A stretch of DNA of 64,000 nt from Firmicutes bacterium CAG:460 (GTDB lineage Bacteria > Bacillota_I > Bacilli_A > RF39 > UBA660): NCBI GenBank assembly GCA_000437355.1, contig FR899774.1, positions 114,595-178,594 on the forward strand, written 5' to 3'. Numbering within the stretch: the stretch's first letter is position 1; every line of letters starts with the position of its first letter. Below the pieces are notes generated by a model, which saw only the letters and a program-made list of their open reading frames with translations, was not told the DNA's origin and did not search any database. Position numbers and translations under genes: made by a program. Below are positions 17,659 through 27,360 of the stretch, piece by piece.

Positions 17659-18670
17659 ACTTCATACCTTCTTTCTTAACTAATTTATCTTTTATTTTAT
17701 CATTTTTCTTTTTATTAGTTAAGTCTTTGTTATTAACTTTATTAATAATAATATTTTGTACTGCGATGAATGCATATGTTACAATCCAGTAGAATGCTAA
17801 TGCTGTTGGAAGTGTAAGTGATGCATAAGTTATTACAACAAGCATTACATATAACATTGTTTTCATTTGTTTTGCTGCTTCAGGTGCTGCACTTCCTGTT
17901 TGTGACATTGTTTGTTTAAATGAGAAATATGTTGATACGGCGATTAAAACTAAAAGTAATAAATATAGATAATTACCTGTTTTAATTCCCACAAGTGGGG
18001 TCATACCTAAATTAAATGTTAATAATGTTTCTTCATAAATGGCTGGTGTTCTATAAATTGCTTGTAAGAATGCAAAGAATAATGGTAATTGAATGAACGC
18101 CATTAAGCAACCAATCATTGGATTTACTTTATATTTTTTATAAACCATCATTGTTTCTTGACTTTTAGCCATTAATGACTCATTATCTGTTCTATTACGA
18201 TATTTTCTTTCAATCTTTTCTATTTCAGGTTGAGCTTTTTTCATATTCATTGTTTGCTTAGTACTTTTAATTGTAAATGGTAAAAGAATAAGTCTGATAG
18301 CTAAACCAATAAGTATTAAAGAAATACCAAAGTTACCAACAAGTTTTCCTAAAGCAAGAATTAAGAATGCTAAAGGTTTTACAAATAAGAATTCCCACAA
18401 TCCTGATGATTCATTTGAATTAACTTTAAAATCAGTACATGCTGGTAAATCTTCAAAATCAACATTAAGTTGGTCTTTATATTCTTTATAAAGGTTATAT
18501 AATTCTCCATCTTTTTCTGGTAAACATACAATATCTTTTTCAAGCATTTGACCAGTTGCTTCATATGTTACTATTTTGTTATCTTTATCTTTTATATACT
18601 TGTTATCTCCACAACCACTAGTAAGAAGAAGGACACATACAAGTATTATTGCCATTATTTTATTTTTCAT
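17642..18670 (-). CDS. yidC: Membrane protein insertase YidC/SpoIIIJ (lipoprotein type)
   Basis: Lipobox LLTSGC, five-TM YidC core (PLFFAFLQAIY..), basic C-terminal tail. Confidence 0.92.
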   Translation of the reverse strand: MKNKIMAIILVCVLLLTSGCGDNKYIKDKDNKIVTYEATGQMLEKDIVCLPEKDGELYNLYKEYKDQLNVDFEDLPACTDFKVNSNESSGLWEFLFVKPLAFLILALGKLVGNFGISLILIGLAIRLILLPFTIKSTKQTMNMKKAQPEIEKIERKYRNRTDNESLMAKSQETMMVYKKYKVNPMIGCLMAFIQLPLFFAFLQAIYRTPAIYEETLLTFNLGMTPLVGIKTGNYLYLLLLVLIAVSTYFSFKQTMSQTGSAAPEAAKQMKTMLYVMLVVITYASLTLPTALAFYWIVTYAFIAVQNIIINKVNNKDLTNKKKNDKIKDKLVKKEGMKYGKDN

Positions 18671-18995
18671 GTATTTCCTTTCTTAGTGTATTTATTAAAT
18701 CTTTTTCTAAATCACTAAATGAAGCATTATTTGCTTCCCTTTTAATCATTATAATATAATTATGATTATTTTTAAAGAGAAATTTGTTATTATCTACAAT
18801 ATTTCGAAATTGTCGTTTAAATTTGTTTCTAACTACAGCATTACCAAGCTTTTTTCCTACGGCAATACCAAAGTTAGGTTTAGGATATTCTTTTTCTTTA
18901 GAAAATATTAGTACATATTTTCCTTTTTGTTTGTATCCTTTATTTATAATCTCATTAAATTCTTCATGAGATTTTACCATTTCATATCTTTTCAT
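18660..18995 (-). CDS. rnpA: Ribonuclease P protein component
   Basis: Basic RNR-like motif KKLGNAVVRNKFKRQFR. Start trimmed to ATG at 18995. rpmH-rnpA-yidC synteny. Confidence 0.9.
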   Translation of the reverse strand: MKRYEMVKSHEEFNEIINKGYKQKGKYVLIFSKEKEYPKPNFGIAVGKKLGNAVVRNKFKRQFRNIVDNNKFLFKNNHNYIIMIKREANNASFSDLEKDLINTLRKEIHEK

Positions 18996-19034
18996 AATAG
19001 TTTCTAGGAAAAAAAACCACATTAAAGTGGTTTT

Positions 19035-19157
19035 TTACTTACATAAAACTTTGCGTCCTTTTCTACGACGATTCTTTAAAATATCAGTTTCTTTACGAGC
19101 AAAAAATCCATGTTTCTTTGCTGCTTTTCTTTTATTTGGTTGATATGTTCTTTTCAT
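19035..19157 (-). CDS. rpmH: 50S ribosomal protein L34
   Basis: Not in the ORF track (40 codons). The reverse strand reads [40 protein letters not shown], with an AAGGAG SD. A TTGACT..TATAAT promoter lies upstream (rc of 19180-19215). Confidence 0.9.
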   Translation of the reverse strand: MKRTYQPNKRKAAKKHGFFARKETDILKNRRRKGRKVLCK

Positions 19158-19260
19158 AATATAATTTCTCCTTTTCTTTAATAGCGTTATTATTATAATA
19201 TTAAAATTAATGATAAGTCAAGGAAAATTGCTATTTATATACTTATAAATGTCAAATTTC

Positions 19261-19899
19261 TTACTTTTTTGGGTAAATTTCTTGATGTAATTCATGCATA
19301 AATGTTATTTTAGGAATAGTTCTTACTAATTTTGTTTCTACTAAAATACTTTTTTTAGTTGTAATTTGTTTTGGTGATACATTATTATATTGAATATCTT
19401 CTAAAGCAAATTCTGTTAGTAATTTGTTGTGTAATTCACTGGATAATGCTTGTTTTTTAGCAAAATCTCGAGCAGTTTTTGATGAAACATCTCCTTCATA
19501 AGATAAATAATAGTCATTTATAATAGAAATATTTTTCCAATCATTAAAATTATATAAAATTCTTATTAAACGACATAATTCATATTCTCTAGATTGATAT
19601 AAGCCTTGCATTTCAAATCTATCATAATGTTGGTTTCTATCATAACTTACAAATTTTACTGTATCTAAGCCACTTAAAATTCTATCTATAATATGATAAA
19701 TGTTATAAAGGGCCACTTGGTAATAAATATCGGTGTTAATTATTTGTTCTTTTCCACTTTTACTTAAATAATCTTTTGTTACTGCAAATTCTAGTTCTAT
19801 TAAAGATAATAAGTACTCATAAACTTCATTTGTTAATTTATCTTTGTTTTGGAGTAATAGTTGTTTTAAATTAGATTTTGCTTCAAAAATACTTGCCAT
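19261..19899 (-). CDS. Hypothetical protein (212 aa from ATG at 19899)
   Basis: GAGGAAG SD. No motif recognised. Lies between rpmH and the dnaA upstream region. Confidence 0.55.
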   Translation of the reverse strand: MASIFEAKSNLKQLLLQNKDKLTNEVYEYLLSLIELEFAVTKDYLSKSGKEQIINTDIYYQVALYNIYHIIDRILSGLDTVKFVSYDRNQHYDRFEMQGLYQSREYELCRLIRILYNFNDWKNISIINDYYLSYEGDVSSKTARDFAKKQALSSELHNKLLTEFALEDIQYNNVSPKQITTKKSILVETKLVRTIPKITFMHELHQEIYPKK

Positions 19900-19947
19900 A
19901 ATAATACTTCCTCTCAAATTAAGAAATATTTTAACATATTTTCAAAA

Positions 19948-20766
19948 TTAATCAACTATTTTAGGTAGATTATAGATAAATGTAAATTTATAATAGTTTG
20001 TTTTTAAACTTTTGTTGTAGTCGTACATTTTAGAAAATTTTGTATTATATTCAATACCATCTTTTAGTATATATAATATAATGTTGCACCATTCAGGATG
20101 TCTTAAATAGAAATTACTTGTTGTGTAATATTTTTTTACTTCATAAAAATCATATTCTAAAATTACTTGTTCATAAATTGTTATATCTTCATTAATCGTT
20201 AAAATACCAAATGTTGTGACTTTAGGTTTACCCATGAACATACTTATAGCGCCGGAGTTTATAAATAAATGATGACGATATTCTAATTCAAAATTACGAT
20301 GGGTGTGTGCAAAAAGGTAAATGTCTGCATTAAAATCGTTGATAAGTTTATTAAAAAGATTTAGGGATGATTTGGTAACAATTTCTCTGGTTTTATATGG
20401 ACTTCCATGTGACATACATATTTTTTTATTAGCAATAGTGATGGTTTTTGTAGTAGGTAGTGTTTTTAAATATTCTAGGTTTTTTTTAGTTAAAGAGTGA
20501 TAAGTGTAATAAAATGAATCAAATTTTTCTGTTAATTCTGCACTTTTTGGAGTTAGTTTTAAAATAGCTTCTTCACGGTTTCCTAGAATTATTTCAGCAT
20601 TTAGGGATTTTAGAGTATCAATTATCTTGTTATCATCAGGTCCATCAGTTAAAAAATCTCCGCAGACTAAAAATTTAGATATATTTTTATCTTTTAAATA
20701 TTCTAAGGCTTTATTTAATAAATATAGATTTCCGTGGATATCATTTAATATTGCTACTTTTTCCAT
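19948..20766 (-). CDS. Calcineurin-like metallophosphoesterase
   Basis: Motifs DIHGN, GDFLTDGPD, GNRE and AHTH in the canonical order. Confidence 0.8.
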   Translation of the reverse strand: MEKVAILNDIHGNLYLLNKALEYLKDKNISKFLVCGDFLTDGPDDNKIIDTLKSLNAEIILGNREEAILKLTPKSAELTEKFDSFYYTYHSLTKKNLEYLKTLPTTKTITIANKKICMSHGSPYKTREIVTKSSLNLFNKLINDFNADIYLFAHTHRNFELEYRHHLFINSGAISMFMGKPKVTTFGILTINEDITIYEQVILEYDFYEVKKYYTTSNFYLRHPEWCNIILYILKDGIEYNTKFSKMYDYNKSLKTNYYKFTFIYNLPKIVD

Positions 20767-20817
20767 TTTACATCATTATGATTATAACACAAATTTTTGT
20801 TAATAACTAGCTATTTT

Positions 20818-21023
20818 TGTGGATTGTGGATAAAATGTTGATAACTAATAAAAATTATCCACGAAATTAACAACATTTTATCAAAATAGAGTTTGTTGAT
20901 ATAATGGGGATAAGTTCATTGTTAACAAAAATTTGTTGATAGTGTTGATAAGTCGTTTTAAGTAGCATATATTAGGGATTTTTTAGGTGAATAATTTTGT
21001 GGATAAAAAAAAAGTTATCAAAA
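20818..21023. other. oriC part 1: DnaA-box cluster upstream of dnaA
   Basis: Perfect TGTGGATAA at 20825-20833 and 20998-21006. One-mismatch boxes: TGTTGATAA at 20836-20844 and 20943-20951, TTATCCACG at 20855-20863. Weaker boxes at 20818, 20894, 20934 and 21015. Confidence 0.85.
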
Positions 21024-21099
21024 TTGCAAATTTACTCTTTTATTTTTTGTAAAAATAGGTTAAAATTTAGTTATGAAATTTAGTTAGCGGGGTGAGGTT

Positions 21100-22443
21100 T
21101 TGAAAACTGATGAAATTTTTACACGTTTTTTAGAAGAGATGCAAAATCAAGTAACTCCTTCGGCTTATAGTATTTGGTTTTCAAAATTAGAGCTTCTTTC
21201 TATTGTTAACAATGTTGTTACAATAAAGGTTCCTCTTAACGTGCATAAACAAATGCTTGGAGGTACTTATAAAGAAATTATCGCTAATTCTTTCTTTTCA
21301 ATAACTGGTATTTATTATACATTTAATTTTATAACGGAAGATGAAGTGGAAACTTTTGTGGAACCAGTTGTACCTGAAGATGCTGTGGATAAAGAAATTG
21401 CATGGAATACTAATTTAAATCCAAAATTTACTTTTGATAATTATGTTGTTGGTAATTCAAATAGATTAGCATTTGTGGCGGCGAGAGCTGTTGCAGAAGC
21501 ACCGGGGACTATTCATAATCCATTATTTATTTATGGAAGAAGTGGAATAGGGAAGACACATTTGATGCAAGCAATAGGTAATTATATTAAAGACCATTCT
21601 AAGTTAAAAGTATTATATACGACAAGTAATGAATTTAGAGATGAATTTACTGGAATTGCTACAAGTAATAATAAAATGGGTTATGCAAATGATTTTAAAG
21701 ATAAATATCGAAGTGTTGATGTATTAATAATAGATGATATTCAGTTTCTAGTAGAAGCTGAGAAAACTCAACAAGAGTTCTTCCATACATTTAATGCACT
21801 TCATCAAGCTAATAAACAGATAATTATTAGTAGTGATAAGAGCCCAGATGATTTGAAAAAGATTGAGGAACGTCTTAGAAGTAGATTTATGTGGGGACTT
21901 CCTGTTGATATTTATCCACCAGATTTCAACTTAAGATGTGATATTATAAGGTCAAAAATTAAAAATACAAGTATTGAAAATAAATTAAATGAAGATGTTA
22001 TAGAATATATTGCTAATTCATGTGTTAATGATGTTAGACACATTGAAGGAACTATAAACAGGTTGCTAGCTTACACTGCAATGATGGTTCCTGATAGAAT
22101 TACTTTGGATTTTGCTAATGAAGCTTTGAATGATTATGTTAATACTAACATATTTATCAACAATTCAATAGGTTCAATACAAAATGCTGTGGCAGAATAC
22201 TTTAAAATATCGGTAGATGACTTAAAAAGTAAGAGAAGAACAAATACAGTAGTTAAACCAAGGCATATTGCAATGTACTTATGTAGAGTTGAAACAGATG
22301 AAAATTTACAGAAAATTGGACTAGAATTCGGTGGAAGAGACCATTCTACAGTATCTACAGCAATTGATAAGATTAAAGAAGAGTTAGAAACTAATCCAAA
22401 TTTAAATAACATATTAAAAGAAATAAAAATGAAGTTACAATAA
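21100..22443 (+). CDS. dnaA: Chromosomal replication initiator protein DnaA
   Basis: Walker A GRSGIGKTHL, sensor/box VII region, C-terminal HTH (RHIAMYLCR..GGRDHSTV). TTG start. Confidence 0.98.
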   Translation: MKTDEIFTRFLEEMQNQVTPSAYSIWFSKLELLSIVNNVVTIKVPLNVHKQMLGGTYKEIIANSFFSITGIYYTFNFITEDEVETFVEPVVPEDAVDKEIAWNTNLNPKFTFDNYVVGNSNRLAFVAARAVAEAPGTIHNPLFIYGRSGIGKTHLMQAIGNYIKDHSKLKVLYTTSNEFRDEFTGIATSNNKMGYANDFKDKYRSVDVLIIDDIQFLVEAEKTQQEFFHTFNALHQANKQIIISSDKSPDDLKKIEERLRSRFMWGLPVDIYPPDFNLRCDIIRSKIKNTSIENKLNEDVIEYIANSCVNDVRHIEGTINRLLAYTAMMVPDRITLDFANEALNDYVNTNIFINNSIGSIQNAVAEYFKISVDDLKSKRRTNTVVKPRHIAMYLCRVETDENLQKIGLEFGGRDHSTVSTAIDKIKEELETNPNLNNILKEIKMKLQ

Positions 22444-22548
22444 TGTTGATAAAATGGGGGTAAAAAATTAAGATTTTTCTAGGAAATAAAAGAATGTTAA
22501 TTAGTTATCCACGTTATTAACGCTATTAATAAATAATAATAAATAAAC
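22444..22548. other. oriC part 2: DnaA boxes plus an AT-only candidate unwinding element between dnaA and dnaN
   Basis: TGTTGATAA at 22444-22452 and TTATCCACG at 22505-22513, followed by an uninterrupted A/T run with TAA repeats (about 22524-22548). Confidence 0.65.
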
Positions 22549-22571
22549 ATAAAGAAAGAAGGATGTAAAAT

Positions 22572-23690
22572 ATGAAATGGACAATTGAAAAAAATGTAAT
22601 TTTGGAAGCATTAAATAATGTTACTAAAGCTTTAAGTCAAAGAACAACAATTCCTGTACTTAATGGGATTGTGTTCGATGTAAATGAAAAGGGTATGGAA
22701 TTACTTGCTAGTGATTCAGAGCTTACTATTAAAGTATTAATTCCTAATAATGATATTAAAATGATTGAGGGTAGTGGAAGAATTATTATTCAAAGTAAGT
22801 ATTTTATTGATATGATTAGAAAGATGCCTAGTGATGTAATTGATTTTGAAGTTGAAGATAATTTAAAGATTAAAATAAGCACTCCGAATAATCAATATAG
22901 ATTAAATTGTTATAATCCATGTGATTATCCAAATATTTTAATAGATAAAAGTAATGATGTAATAAATATTAATTCTGAAAAATTAAGAGAATTAATTAAT
23001 CAAACTTCTTATGCGTTATCAACACAAGAAGTAAGACCACTTCTTACTGGTATTAATTTTAAAATAAATGGTGATATATTAGAATGTATTTGTACAGATT
23101 CTTATAGATTATCTAAAAAGAATATTAAATTAGATGTACCATGTGGAAAACAAGTTAATATTGTTATTCCTGGTAGAAGTATTACAGAACTTGAAAAGAT
23201 TATTGCAGATGAAGATAATGTGGAAATCTATGTATTTACTAACAAAATATTATTTGTTTATAAAAATATTTATGTTCAAAGTAATTTATTAAGTGGTACT
23301 TATCCAGAAACTAGTCATTTTATTCCAAAAGATTTTGCTTATATAATTAATTTAAATATGAAGGAATTTTATGATGCTGTTGATAGAGCGTCATTACTTG
23401 CTCAAAATAAAGAAAAAAATATTATAAAGATGCATATTCAAGATAAAGATATGGTTATAACATCAACAAGTAATGAACTTGGTAATGCTGAAGAAAAATT
23501 ACATATTGATTGTAATAATAAAGAAAAGATTGAAATATCATTCTCAAGTAAATTTATGATGGATGCTCTAAAAGTTATTAAAGAAGAAAATATTTTGTTA
23601 CTTCTTAATACTGATGATAAGCCAATTTTGATAAAACCAGTTGAAGATGAAACGTTGACAGAGCTTATTTTACCTATAAAAACATATTAA
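22572..23690 (+). CDS. dnaN: DNA polymerase III beta sliding clamp
   Basis: Three-domain clamp length, conserved dnaA-dnaN synteny, C-terminal ..LILPIKTY. Confidence 0.96.
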   Translation: MKWTIEKNVILEALNNVTKALSQRTTIPVLNGIVFDVNEKGMELLASDSELTIKVLIPNNDIKMIEGSGRIIIQSKYFIDMIRKMPSDVIDFEVEDNLKIKISTPNNQYRLNCYNPCDYPNILIDKSNDVININSEKLRELINQTSYALSTQEVRPLLTGINFKINGDILECICTDSYRLSKKNIKLDVPCGKQVNIVIPGRSITELEKIIADEDNVEIYVFTNKILFVYKNIYVQSNLLSGTYPETSHFIPKDFAYIINLNMKEFYDAVDRASLLAQNKEKNIIKMHIQDKDMVITSTSNELGNAEEKLHIDCNNKEKIEISFSSKFMMDALKVIKEENILLLLNTDDKPILIKPVEDETLTELILPIKTY

Positions 23691-23788
23691 TTATGAAGAA
23701 AATGAACAAAATTGCACTTGTTCGTTTTTTTTCGACAAATTTTTTTACTTTGATGTGGTATTATAACCAACTAAGAAAGGAGGATATT

Positions 23789-24214
23789 ATGTTTAAAATT
23801 AGTAATAATACCCTTTTTATGGAGTTTGATGGAAGTAATACTTTAGTTATGGAAGCTGATGCTGATTATGTATTTGATGGAGATGTAATAAATACTATTT
23901 TAGATGAAAGTTGTATTTATTATGGAAGTTCATTAAATGGAAGAATTAAAGGAAGTAAAAATATAATAGGAAGTTATTATAAATTACCAGTTATAGTTAG
24001 TGAAAGAAATAATATTGTGTTTTTTCCTCTTAAAAAAGGTAATTGTTGGTGGTGGATTAATTTTAATAGTGTTAAATATTTTGAAAAAACTAGTAATGGA
24101 GTTCTGGTAAGTTTTAAAAATGAACTAAAAAAATATATAAGTGTTAGTTATACAATATTTAATAATCAAATGCTTAAATGTAGTAGATTGTGGTTAGTTT
24201 ATACAACAAGATAA
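23789..24214 (+). CDS. comK: ComK-family competence transcription factor-like protein
   Basis: ATG at 23789 with AAGGAGG SD. ILDESCIYYGSSLNGRIKGS..YKLPVIVS..IVFFPL..CWWWIN..VSF..ISVSYTIFNNQ follows the ComK pattern SC.FFGSS..GR...K.PI....FP...C.WI....F....S...F.NQ. Confidence 0.7.
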   Translation: MFKISNNTLFMEFDGSNTLVMEADADYVFDGDVINTILDESCIYYGSSLNGRIKGSKNIIGSYYKLPVIVSERNNIVFFPLKKGNCWWWINFNSVKYFEKTSNGVLVSFKNELKKYISVSYTIFNNQMLKCSRLWLVYTTR

Positions 24215-24336
24215 TATTTTGAAAAAATATACGATTTTTCTTTTATTAGGGTTAATTTTGTGATATAATTAATATGTGTATAGGTATACCAAAATGCCTT
24301 GTATTTTTAATGTAGGGCACTAAAGGGGGTAAATTA

Positions 24337-25425
24337 ATGAAAATTGATAGTTTAAGTTTAATGAATTTTCGTAACTATGAAACATTAAATATCTCTTTTG
24401 GTGACTTAAATATTATATATGGTTTAAATGGAAGTGGAAAAACTAATATAATTGAGGCAATTTATACTCTGGCACTAACTAAATCATTTAGAATAAATAA
24501 TGATAAAGTCATGATTAAGAAAGGAAAAATTAAAGCTAAGATTAAAGGAAATGTCTTAAAAAATGGTGATGAAAATACTTTTGGGGTAGAAATAAGTAAT
24601 GATGGTAAGGTTGTTACTATTAATGGAGAAAAGCAAGATAAAGTAAGTGATTATGTATCAAGAATTAATGTTATTTTATTTAATCCAAGTGATACAAGGT
24701 TAATTGACGAAGCCCCTAGTGAAAGAAGAAAAATGCTTAATATTGAAATAAGTCAGATTTATAAAGAATATTTAGTTATTTTAACAAATTATCAAAGAAT
24801 TTTGAAACAAAGAAACTTTTATCTTAGAGGTATGTATGTTAATGGAAGTTATACAAATACTTATTTAGATATTTTAACTAAGAAATTGATTGAATATGGA
24901 AGTATTATTTGTAAATATAGGGAAAAATTTGTGGATAATATAAATAAATATATTGCAAGTAATTATGAGAAAATATTTGGTAGTGGAACATTAAAAATAA
25001 GATATGTATCAACGTTTAAAAATAAGAGTGAAGATGATTTAATTAAAAGATATAAAGATAATTATCAAAAAGAATTAAGTGTTGGTAAGACTTTAGAAGG
25101 TATACATCATGATGATATAGTATTTGTTTTAGATAATAATAATTTAAAGGAATGGGGAAGTGAAGGTCAAAGAAAGAATGCAATTATTTCCTTTAAATTA
25201 GCTGAAATTAGTGTTATTAATGAGATTAAAGGATTTTATCCAATACTTATTTTAGATGATTTGTTTAGTGAGTTAGATAAAGAGAAAGTTACTAATTTGT
25301 TAGGGATGTTAGATAGAAATGTACAGACATTTATGACAACAACTGATTTAAAAAATATTAATAAAAAAGTAATTAAAGATGCCAAAAAGTTTAAGGTTAA
25401 TGATGGTATATTAGAGGAGGAGTAA
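24337..25425 (+). CDS. recF: DNA replication and repair protein RecF
   Basis: Walker A GLNGSGKTN, signature SEGQRKN, Walker B ILILDDLFSELD. Confidence 0.95.
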   Translation: MKIDSLSLMNFRNYETLNISFGDLNIIYGLNGSGKTNIIEAIYTLALTKSFRINNDKVMIKKGKIKAKIKGNVLKNGDENTFGVEISNDGKVVTINGEKQDKVSDYVSRINVILFNPSDTRLIDEAPSERRKMLNIEISQIYKEYLVILTNYQRILKQRNFYLRGMYVNGSYTNTYLDILTKKLIEYGSIICKYREKFVDNINKYIASNYEKIFGSGTLKIRYVSTFKNKSEDDLIKRYKDNYQKELSVGKTLEGIHHDDIVFVLDNNNLKEWGSEGQRKNAIISFKLAEISVINEIKGFYPILILDDLFSELDKEKVTNLLGMLDRNVQTFMTTTDLKNINKKVIKDAKKFKVNDGILEEE

Positions 25426-25428
25426 AAA

Positions 25429-27351
25429 ATGAAAGAAACACATTATACTGATAGTGATATACAGGTTTTGGAAGGTTTAGAAGCTGTTAGAAAAAGACCA
25501 GGAATGTATATTGGTTCAACTGGTGAGAGAGGTCTTCATCATTTAGTTTGGGAAATTGTGGATAATGCAGTTGATGAAGCATTAGCTGGGTTTTGTGATG
25601 ATATTGAGGTTATAATTGATAAAGATGATATCATTGAAATAAGAGATGATGGTAGAGGTATTCCAACTGGTATAAATGCTAAGACAGGATTATCAACAGT
25701 TGAAACAATCTTTACTGTACTTCATGCTGGTGGTAAATTTGGTGGTGAAGGATATAAAGTTTCTGGAGGTCTTCATGGTGTTGGGGCTAGTGTTGTTAAT
25801 GCTTTGTCTAAATGGCTTGAAGTTAAGATTTATCGTGATGGAAATGTCTACTACCAAAGATTTGAAAATGGTGGACATCCTGTTGAAGCTTTAAAAGTTA
25901 TTGATAGTTGTGATGTAGATAGAACCGGTAGTACAGTTAGATTTAAACCAGATGAAGAAATATTTACGGAAACAACTGTATATAACTATGATACTTTATA
26001 TAAAAGATTACAAGAAATTGCTTTCTTAAATAAAGGGCTTAGAATTAATTTATATGATTTAAGAGAAATGCCTGAAAAACATGATACATTCCTTTATAAC
26101 GGTGGTATTATTGAATATGTTGAAATGCTTAATAAGAGTAAGACACCGATACATGATGATATAATTTATATGGATGGAGCAGAAAATGGAATCGAAATAG
26201 AAGTTGCTTGTCAATATAATGAAACTTATTCACCAAGTATTTATTCATTTACTAATAATATTAATACTTATGAAGGTGGAACTCATGAAGATGGTGTTAA
26301 AGTTGCTTTAACTAAAGTTATTAACAATTATGCTAAAAATGCTAAGATTTTAAAAGAAAATGATGCTGCATTAATTGGGGAAGATTGTCGTGAAGGTTTA
26401 ACAATGATTATTTCATGTAAGCATCCAGACCCTCAATTTGAAGGACAAACTAAAACTAAGTTAGGTAATAGTGAAGTAAGAAAGATAGCTAGTGATGTAT
26501 TTTCACAAGGTTTTGAACGATTTTTAATGGAAAATCCTAATGAAGCTAGAACTATTGTGGAAAAATGTATTAGTGCATCTCGTGGTAGAATAGCTGCGAA
26601 GAAGGCAAGAGAAGCCACTAGAAGAAAAAGTGATTTAGATATCGTAAACTTTGGAGGAAAACTTGTAGATTGTAAAGAAAAAGACCCGAGTGTTTGTGAA
26701 ATATTCCTAGTCGAAGGGGATAGTGCAGGTGGTTCTGCGATTAAGGGTAGAAATAGTATGACTCAAGCTATACTTCCTTTGAAAGGTAAAGTATTAAATG
26801 TTGAAAAAGCAAGACTTGATAGAGCTTTAAGTAATGATGAAATTAAAACAATTATTACAGCTTTCGGTACTGGTATTGGTCAAGAATTTGATTTAAGTAA
26901 AATGAGATATCATAAAGTTATTATTATGAGTGATGCCGATGTTGATGGATCTCATATTAGAGTTTTGTTATTAACATTATTTTATCGGTTCTTTAAACCA
27001 ATTGTGGAAGCTGGTTATGTTTATGCTGCGCAACCACCATTATATTGTATAAAACATGGACAAACTATTAAATATGTTTTAAATGATGATGAAAGAGATG
27101 AATATATCAAAACATTAAATGAAAAGAATGTTAGATATGATATAGCAAGAATGAAAGGTTTAGGGGAAATGGATGCTGAAGAATTAAATGAAACTACAAT
27201 GGATATAAATCATAGAATTCTTCGTAAAATAACTGTTGATGATGCTATTAGTGCTGATGCAGCATTTAGTAAATTAATGGGTGAAGAAGTTGAACCTAGA
27301 CGTAAGTTTATTGAAGAAAATGCAACTTATGCAAAGAATTTGGATTTTTAG
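25429..27351 (+). CDS. gyrB: DNA gyrase subunit B
   Basis: GHKL ATPase motifs ([28 protein letters not shown]), Toprim [18 protein letters not shown]. Confidence 0.98.
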   Translation: MKETHYTDSDIQVLEGLEAVRKRPGMYIGSTGERGLHHLVWEIVDNAVDEALAGFCDDIEVIIDKDDIIEIRDDGRGIPTGINAKTGLSTVETIFTVLHAGGKFGGEGYKVSGGLHGVGASVVNALSKWLEVKIYRDGNVYYQRFENGGHPVEALKVIDSCDVDRTGSTVRFKPDEEIFTETTVYNYDTLYKRLQEIAFLNKGLRINLYDLREMPEKHDTFLYNGGIIEYVEMLNKSKTPIHDDIIYMDGAENGIEIEVACQYNETYSPSIYSFTNNINTYEGGTHEDGVKVALTKVINNYAKNAKILKENDAALIGEDCREGLTMIISCKHPDPQFEGQTKTKLGNSEVRKIASDVFSQGFERFLMENPNEARTIVEKCISASRGRIAAKKAREATRRKSDLDIVNFGGKLVDCKEKDPSVCEIFLVEGDSAGGSAIKGRNSMTQAILPLKGKVLNVEKARLDRALSNDEIKTIITAFGTGIGQEFDLSKMRYHKVIIMSDADVDGSHIRVLLLTLFYRFFKPIVEAGYVYAAQPPLYCIKHGQTIKYVLNDDERDEYIKTLNEKNVRYDIARMKGLGEMDAEELNETTMDINHRILRKITVDDAISADAAFSKLMGEEVEPRRKFIEENATYAKNLDF

Positions 27352-27360
27352 GAGGTTATT

